Shown here: piece by piece, positions 54,640 to 64,000 of the stretch
Numbering within the stretch: the stretch's first letter is position 1
Layout of the letters: each line of letters begins with the position of its first letter
Translations under genes and position numbers: made by a program
The notes under the pieces: model-generated
The model's input: the letters and a program-made list of their open reading frames with translations, nothing else
Databases searched by the model: none
What the model was told of the DNA's origin: nothing
Source of the DNA: Eledone cirrhosa
Lineage: Eukaryota
Direction: 5' to 3'
DNA length: 64,000 nt
Assembly (NCBI GenBank): GCA_964016885.1
Contig: OZ024741.1
Location: 90,582,001-90,646,000, forward strand

Positions 54640-55763
54640 AATTCCATATATGGTAAAAGTGATTGTCACAAGGATTGGTCAAAAGTTTGTTGTTGAGACA
54701 TAATTCTATCATGGCAATTTGTGGAAGGAAGGGGTAGCTGAACTTGCCAGTAGAAGAAAGAGGGAGAGGGAGTGGAGGAAACCCAGTCGTGAGTTGATAG
54801 TGCCAACTACAGCAGGATCCTAAAGGCAGGAGGTCAAGAAAGTATACTAGGGAGGGGGAGGGGGAGGAAGTCGAAACAATAAGTAAATCAATATGGAGTA
54901 AATATATAGAATAATAATAAGAATGTTAAAAATATAAAAAAAAAACAATTTCTGGTTACTATTCCCTAACCACAATCATCAAGTCTCTCACTGGTACTGC
55001 TAAACTATAGAAAAGTTTACTAGGTGGGACGGAATTGTAGTGAAAGGATCTTATGAGTTAGTAGTAATCAACCAAATCTATCTTACAGTGACAGGTCAAC
55101 AAGTAGGGGGCCAAAATACTAAAGAAACTACTACGAAATAATAATTCAGAGTCCCGAAACTAATACGAAATAATAATTCAGAATCCCGAAAATGAATACT
55201 AATACTATATATAAGGGTGCCGCTACGATACAAAAATTCTAATACAAACTACATAAATGCTCGTACGATATATATGAAAAATTTGATACGGAAAATTAAT
55301 TCAGACCCCCCCCCCCCCCCCAAAAAAAAAAAAATACTGATATACGAGAAACTAAAGCAGGGATACCACTAAGAAATGTAGAAAGCACGGAAATGGGGCA
55401 GCCATCGGATAAGAAAGCAAGTATCTGGAGTCTATCACATCTGCTATAAAAAGCGGAGTCGGCCAATTGTATCATAGAATAGGGGATGGGGGTGGGGGTA
55501 CTGAGGCTACAAAGGACCGAAGGGCTGCCTCGGGGTGGACGAGAAAGTGAAAAGGACGACGAAAAAGAAGGAGAACTGGGGTGGAAGGACTATATATATA
55601 TACACACACATGAGCAAAAACCATAACTATGCATACACATATCTACACAGATATATAAATAAGTAGGTTCACACTCAAAATTAGGCTCATCAGCCGATGT
55701 AGGCTTTAGAGAATACTATATATTCTCAACAGCTCAAGAGTGTAGCAGAACAGGGAGAAATAC

Positions 55764-55808
55764 ACAATCTTGATAAGGGGCAATAACCCGGAGACAATTG
55801 TAGGTTGT
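55764..55808 (+). ncRNA. Decayed U3-A8 type I hammerhead
   Basis: ACAATC-TTGATAA-GGGG caataa CCCG-GAGA-CAATTG-TA^GGTTGT. GAAA has mutated to GAGA; stem III is the palindrome ACAATTGT. Confidence 0.65.
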
Positions 55809-56426
55809 TTTACTCTCTGCTACCACTGGAACAAAAGGATGGCGTTAGACGACTAGAAAACGTATGGCATTGTGAGGCTGTTTGCGTGCAAACGAATTAA
55901 ATATTAATAATTGTTTCTACTTTTAGCACAAGGCCAGCAATTATCACAGCAAAGTTAACCTTAGCGGGATTTATTAAAAATTGTTTCTACTTCTGGCACA
56001 AGGCCCGCAATTATCCCAGTGTATTACTGGTACTTTATTTTATCGACCCCGTAAGGACGAAAGGCAAAGTTATAATATTATTATAATATTATTATTATTC
56101 ACTCACGAATGCATTTATGTATCCGCTACGTTAGAGTGAAAATAACATTTTATTTTTATATATATCCAATAAATGTATTTCAACCTCTATATATAATCTT
56201 CATAATAAGGATTCTTATTCATTGTTTCTCAGGAGGACAATGGGCTAAATCACTTATATCGAGACAAATAATTTGGAGTTGCATAACTCCCATCAATTAT
56301 TCCCGATATCGATATTATCATGATCAATCAATTTTCTCAAACGATCGTAAAACAATGAACTAATTAATTAAGAACTAAACCTCACGTTCTTGTTTTCATT
56401 GTTCAACCTATTTATGTATGTACGAA

Positions 56427-57743
<1,317 letters not shown>

Positions 57744-57767
57744 GTGCCTTTTCTCTTCACCACCAAC

Positions 57768-60700
57768 ATGGCTATGCTAAGAGTAGGCTGTTTAAATGCG
57801 CGTGGCCTGGGCTCAACTTGGAAGCAAGCAATGCTTCTAAATGACCTCAGGTCACAACGTATAGATGTGATGGTTATTTGCGAGGCCCGGATCAGCAACG
57901 TGCGACAGCTGGCCCCCACCTTTGATGACTTTGAGATGCACGCATCTCTCTGTCAGCCCGGAGGTGGGGGTGGAGTTGTCGTTCTGCTGCAAAAACATCT
58001 GGGTCACGCAACACAGATGGTACATTTGGACCCGGAGGGTCGACTAGTGGTTCTGGACCTTGGCAGTGGTAAAGGCGGAGCGTTTAGGTTGGTAGCCGCC
58101 TACGGCCCTTTCGGGTCAATGCGGCCGGACTTCTTCCATCGTCTGGAGACTTTTCTGGGGACGTCCCGCTCCTTGCTATTAGTGGGGGACTGGAATGGTA
58201 TCCTAGATGCACGCTGGGACTACGTAGGGGCCTGCCCCGATAGAGAGGGGTGTAATAGCCTCAAAGGGTTAATCGGTCGATTTGACCTGGCCGATAGATA
58301 TCGACTAGATTTTCCGACTGCGCCAACCTGGACTTGGGCAAATCGTAGCGGATCATCTAGGTCGTACCTAGATAGGTTCTTAGTTAGAATTAAGGATAAG
58401 GACTTTTTAAGTTGTCCAAAAATGCGCATGGTTGGCTATTCAGACCACAAATTAGTGACCTGCATGGTCAACCTTGACAGAACTCATAGACAGGGCCCCG
58501 GTTACTGGAAGCTCAACTTGTCCTTGCCGGCAAGTAGAGCCTACAGGAATCGGATTAGTACGTTAGTTAAGGAACGGTTGACTGGAGCGATCGTCAACAG
58601 CAGGTGGTGGGTATCTCTAAAGAGAGAGATTAGAGTAGTCTCGATAGAATTTAGTAAGGTTCTAGCTGCGGATAGGAATAGGAAGGAAAGGGAGCTAATA
58701 GATAGAGTAGAAGAGGCAATTAGAAGCGGCGACGTGGCCAGAGTGCTAGCGTCGAGAACGGCTTTGAGCCAGTTTTTCGACGCGAAGCACGAAGGCTGCG
58801 TTGTCCGAAGTATAATACGTGCTCTAGGGAACGAGGGGACCAAAGCTGTTAGCTGGGCCCGCGTGACAGAGGCCAACAGTGGAACTAAATCCACCATCCG
58901 GTCTTTGCGAGACCTGGATGGACGGGCGATTCTTGAGCCTAAGCAGATGTGTGAGGCCTTTCAAAGGCACTTTGCCCGACTGTTCGGGAGGGGCAGGGAG
59001 CCGGTTGGGAACGTAGACTTCGGTCCATACCTCGACGGCCTGCCGCGCCTCTCGGACAGGGAGGCGAAGTCCTGCGGGGAGCCGATTTCGGCCGCTGAGA
59101 TAGAGGACGTGCTGAGCCAATGCGGCAAACGCAAATCCCCGGGTCTCGATGGTCTTCCTTACGAATTATATCTAGCTATGCCGGACTTGTTCCCCGATCT
59201 CCTCGAGGCGGTCTACTGCAACTGGCAACAGAACGGGAGAATTCCCTGTACTGTGACCAAGGGCTAGTCACGCTAGTGAGGAAGGACGAGAACAAGGGGG
59301 ACGAAATAAGTAACTTCAGGCCCATAACTCTGCTAAATACAGAGTTACAGATTTTGGCCAAGGTGCTAGCAAAGAGGTTGGCGCTTGTCGTGGGCAACCT
59401 GGTGGGAGATGCGCAGATATGCGCTATCCCGTCCAGGTCCATCCATGACAACCTCCACCTCATGCGATACATCATAGAGAGGGTTGGGAACGAACCCGGC
59501 TTTGGTGGGGCTCTGATCAACTTGGATCAATCTAAGGCGTTCGATAGGGTCGACCATGGTTACCTGGATGCGGTGCTAGCGGCGGCAGGCTTCGGACCCG
59601 TTTTCAGGGGATGGATCACTGCTATGCACAGCAGCCGCATCTGCTCTAGGGTCAAGGTGAACGGCTACCTCTCGGAGCCGTTCAAAATCGCGCGGTCCAT
59701 CCGACAAGGGTGCCCTCTCTCCTCCCTTCTGTATGTGTTGACTCTCGAGCCACTACTGCGGAAGTTGGAGTTGTTGCAGGGCATGCCTTTGGAACCGGGA
59801 TTGCGGAAAGCGGTGTCAGCCTACGCCGATGACGTGACAGTAATGGTGTCGACGGCCTCCGAAATCGAGGCGGTCGGCACCTTACTGGAGGAGTACGAAA
59901 AGTTCACAGAGGCTAAGCTGAACCGGGACAAGTCGATCGGTTTGCAACTCGGCACGTGGAGGGGCAGACCGATGCCCTCCGATGGCGTCGTCGGACGCTG
60001 GACGGAGGGCCCGGTGAAGTTGCTCGGGGTCTGGTTCGGACCGGACCTCCAGGTGGAGAAAAACTGGGCGGAGGTTACGAACAGGGTGTTTGCACTGACC
60101 CAGAAGTGGGCCAGTTGCAAACTATCCCTGAAAGGTCGGGCGGAGGTGGCGAACACCTACATAGCGTCCGTCATCTACTACCGCCTGACCGTAGTGCCCT
60201 GTCCAAGGGAAACCCTCACCAAGATGGAGCGCGCGCTCTTCCAATTCCTTTGGAAGAGGCGGGCTCCTATGGTGAGGAGATCCATCTGCTGTCAACACCC
60301 TTCGAAAGGAGGGCTGGGGATGCCGTGGCTAATGATGCGTAAACACGCATTAAGGCTACGGCACCTCTACGTATTCCTCACCGGACAACCGGTGTGGGCC
60401 TCGTTTGTGAGACGAACCTTTCCCAGACTCGTCTCACTCACCGAGCTGCAATCCTGGGTCAAGCAAAGACCGAGAAAACTGGGCGCCTGGCACACTGAGT
60501 GTGCCCAGGCGCTCACCGCCCTCTGGCAGGCGGATCCGGTTATCAGTGGAGACTCCACCGCAACATTCTATAGAGGGCTGGTACGCAGCAGGTGCGACGA
60601 CGCCCTTGGAGAAGCCCTAGACATGGAGGAGGACGAACTGGCCAGCCTGTTCGGTAGGACATTCAGCCCGGGACCTATGGACAACTTCCAGAAGTCCCTG

Positions 60701-61204
60701 GCCTGGCAGTGCTACCGAGGGGCTTTACCCGTTCGAGAAAGGTTCTACAGACACGGGCGCCCGGGTAGGGACCCCGCCAAAAAGATCTGTCCCAGATGCG
60801 TGTGCGACGAGGAAACCGTTGCACACGCATTGGTACACTGCTCGGGCGTAGCCGATCTGTGGGGCTATGTCGAACAACTGCTGTCAAGGGTGGGACCGAT
60901 CCGGTTGACCACCGAGTCTATTGTAATGATCAAGCCGCCTCCCCCCTTCAAAGATGAAGCAGAGGCGATGTTTCTGTGCGTAATAGCCATGGCGAAAGAG
61001 GTTGTATGGTGGACGCGTCTGAAAGGACTGAGGTCAGGCACCTTTCTCTCTGGCCAACAACTGGTCCGTTTCTTCCGATATCATTTCGGAAGAAGGATCA
61101 GGATGGAGAGAGAGGTGCTGCACCCCAGCCGTTTCTATGAAAGATGGGTGAAAGTGGCGAGAATGGCCTGTGTGAATGGGCCTTCACTCTACATCAGACT
61201 ATAG
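57768..61204 (+). pseudogene. ORF2 (APE endonuclease, RT, C-terminal Cys/His motif) with one frameshift near 59260
   Basis: LNARGL, GDWN, YSDH, SPGLDG, FRPITLLN, DQSKAFDRV, RQGCPLS, AYADD and CPRC...ETVAHALVHC. Confidence 0.92.
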
Positions 61205-61468
61205 GTGAGGAAGATGAAAGACCAAGGGAGCACCCCTTCTCTGTGCTCCTGAGGAGAAGAGTTGCACACTTTTTTCGGGGGTGTGTGCGACCCCCCAAGG
61301 CGCCTCCTCTCTATTGAGGATTTTGTTATAAATTTTATTTTTTGTTATATCTTATTTTATTTTTATATTTTGTTATTGCCTCCTCCTTATTGAGGACGCC
61401 TTTTTGTGTAAACTCCCCCCTTTGTACTTGTCCCACTTTTGATGCCCTAGTGGCAAATAAAAGAAACA

Positions 61469-61515
<47 letters not shown>

Positions 61516-61548
61516 TATAAAGAAATATATCTATCTATCATCTATCTA

Positions 61549-64000
61549 CCAGACGTATGTAACTTCGCGGAGAAGTTTCCGTTAATTTAGGTAAGAAAAA
61601 AAACGTGAGTTTTCAGTTAAATTTTATATTATTGTGTAACTTGACCCCCCGTCTGGACCTTCAGGTGGTGGGTCAACTCATTTTCGCCCCCACAGGGGCG
61701 AAATATTCGTTTGAAAAATGTCGGCAAGTCTACATAGCTCGCAGTCAACATCGTCTTCTTCCCTTTACTTCTCCATTGATACTATGGAGATGGAAAGACG
61801 AAATGAAATTTTAAAAACAAATTCATATCCAAACAACACAAATGTCACCAAACAGTACAATGACAACAAAAATAACAACAACAACACCAATAATGATGAT
61901 AAAAACAACAATGATTACAACAACAAAGAAAAAAATAAAGACAACACCAATAATACCAGCATCAAAGACCAACACCAACACCAACACCAAGGAAAATACG
62001 AACAATATCAACATCAGTGACAACAAGAATAACAACAACAATAACAGCAATAATGACAACACCACCAACACGGATAATTCCACAAAGAAACCGAAAATCT
62101 CCTTTGCACAGACAGTTCAGAAAAAGGAGGGATTAACATATCTCGACATAACAAATGCCGAACAACTTTTAAAGGACGCTAGGAGATATGTTACCTTCGA
62201 AAAGAATGGTGCTTTCAGCATCAATTCTCCGGTAGAAATTCGCTTTCAAAACTGCTCTCAAAACGATAGTTTTTAGGACAGTTTCTAATTCTACCCGAAA
62301 ACCAGTCCAATTGTCACAGAAAGAAATTGAACTGGTTTTCAAAAATTCAATGAATGATATTTCATTCATTCAAAGAAGCAAACTCTTTGGGAGTATTTCG
62401 GTACTCATGAAGGATCAATTGACGGCCCAAAATTACTCTGTGTCACCAATTGTATCCAACCTGTATACCTTTTTCCCTACATACATGGGAAAAAGGACAC
62501 AAAAGATTAGAATCACGAGTGTCACACCAAAGGTAAACATATGGTGGATACTGTGCGGCTTCATCAATTTTGATGAAGACAAAATACTTTCAGTAGGAAA
62601 GTCCCCCAGAGATGTATTCAATGGGACTAGCGTTGAAGTTCTGATGCAAATGAGCCCAGAGCGAATAGTTATGATCCCACAACGTGTACTCCTGGACGGA
62701 CTCACCTACATAAACTTTTCGGTTGAGGGTAGGCGGCCTTCATGTTACCACTGCTTAATTAATGAGTCAAAAAAGGATCTTCTGCCGACACCTATCAAAA
62801 CAACACAACCACCAACACCACCACAACAACAACAACACCAACACACAAAAATAACCACAACAAACACAGTCCCACCTAACTCCACTCCACCTAAAACCAC
62901 TGCAAAATCACATACAGACACAACAGCTCCCCAAGACATACCTCTCCCCAATCAGACAGACGATACAACAGATGAAGCTATCTCGCCATCACCCAATGAA
63001 GACGAGGGAGAACCCCATCGCTCGAAAAGAAAGAAAATACATCACAAAAGCAAAAAACCAGCAAACACTACCACAAACATACAACCACCAACACAAACAA
63101 CAAAAACATCACAAACAAAACCCCCACCTCCTGAAAACAAAATACCTACAACAAAACGAAAGCACACACAAGAACTACAGACAAAAACAAACACAACACA
63201 AGAAAATTACACTTACACTTACATAAACACTGAAAACAAAACACTAATGGAGACCATCACGAACATCCCTTCGGTTTTCACCGAAGGGAAAACTTTCGGC
63301 CACTCTATTAAAAATAACAAAAAACTGAACCTAAAACTGATTAGGGTCCCTATACAAACTTATAGGTCCCTAAATGAAACATTTGAAAAGGATGTGGGGA
63401 ATTCCTGCGGGAAACCACTTAACCGCGTCCTTCTCAAATGTCTTCCCACCCCAGACACCCCCATCCCACCATACCCCACCCCACCAAACATCTCCGTCCC
63501 CACCCTGCCGGAAACCACCACCCACCCAGACAACCCCTCCAACACCCCCATGGAAATCGTGCAGCCTGGTCCTCAGAAGACGAAGGGTGAGTGATCTCTT
63601 TTCCTCTTTTAACTTTTCAGCACCAACATGGCCAATATAAGAGTTGGATGTGTGAACGTACGCGGCCTGGGGATGCCCTGGAAACAGGGCAAACACTTAA
63701 ACGACCTCAGGTCGCACAGTATGGATGTAGTAGCCATTTGCGAGTCCAGGACCCACAGCGAGCGACAGCTAGCCCCCATCTTCGATGAATTTTAGATCTA
63801 CGCATCTCTCTGTCGGCCGGGGGGTGGGGGCGGGGTTGCCGTTTTGCTGCGAAAACATCTGGGCCTCGTAACACAGACGGTACATCTGGACCCGGAGGGT
63901 CGACTGGTGGTCCTAGATGTTGACGGTAGTGAAAGGTGGAGCCTTCAGGCTGGTGGCTGCATATGCCCCATCCGGGACACCGCGGCCAGACTTCTTCAAA
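61549..64000 (+). mobile_element. Second related Tx1/L1-clade element (5' UTR, broken ORF1, start of ORF2 at 63628), runs off the window edge
   Basis: ORF 62311-63594 is homologous to the first ORF1 (PTYMGKRTQKI, VEGRRPSCY, PLNRVLLK, MEIVQP). ORF2 begins MANIRVGCVNVRGLG and has an early stop. Confidence 0.9.

Noticed and set aside
55660-55705. Minus-strand CTGATGAGCC near the 55764 hammerhead
   Set aside because: No GAAA and no stem I partner found.

Overview
AT-rich animal genomic DNA with no recognisable host gene. Its SINE families resemble those I recall from octopod cephalopods; this is an inference, not a database result. The window is almost entirely transposon-derived. It holds tRNA-type SINEs, decayed RTE, R4 and CRE LINE fragments, an internally deleted mariner, several MITEs, and two Tx1/L1-clade elements in tandem in a (TATC)n tract. 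It also holds at least five families of Penelope-like elements (PLEs, RT plus GIY-YIG), many nested in (TA)n or (TAAA)n microsatellites. The main hidden signal is RNA structure: by eye I can fold 17 type I hammerhead-ribozyme (HHR) motifs from about 11 unrelated sequence families, some of them decayed. Several have non-canonical cores (a U3-A8 swap in four families, CAGUUGA in one) or large insertions in stem II. The best candidate for an undescribed system is a near-perfect, non-coding tandem array at 40099-41922 (3 x 591 bp plus 51 bp). Each unit carries a U3-A8 hammerhead with a palindromic stem III, which makes it a retrozyme-like element predicted to self-process into 591-nt, possibly circular, RNAs. 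All folds and family assignments were made by eye, and the boundaries of decayed repeats are approximate.
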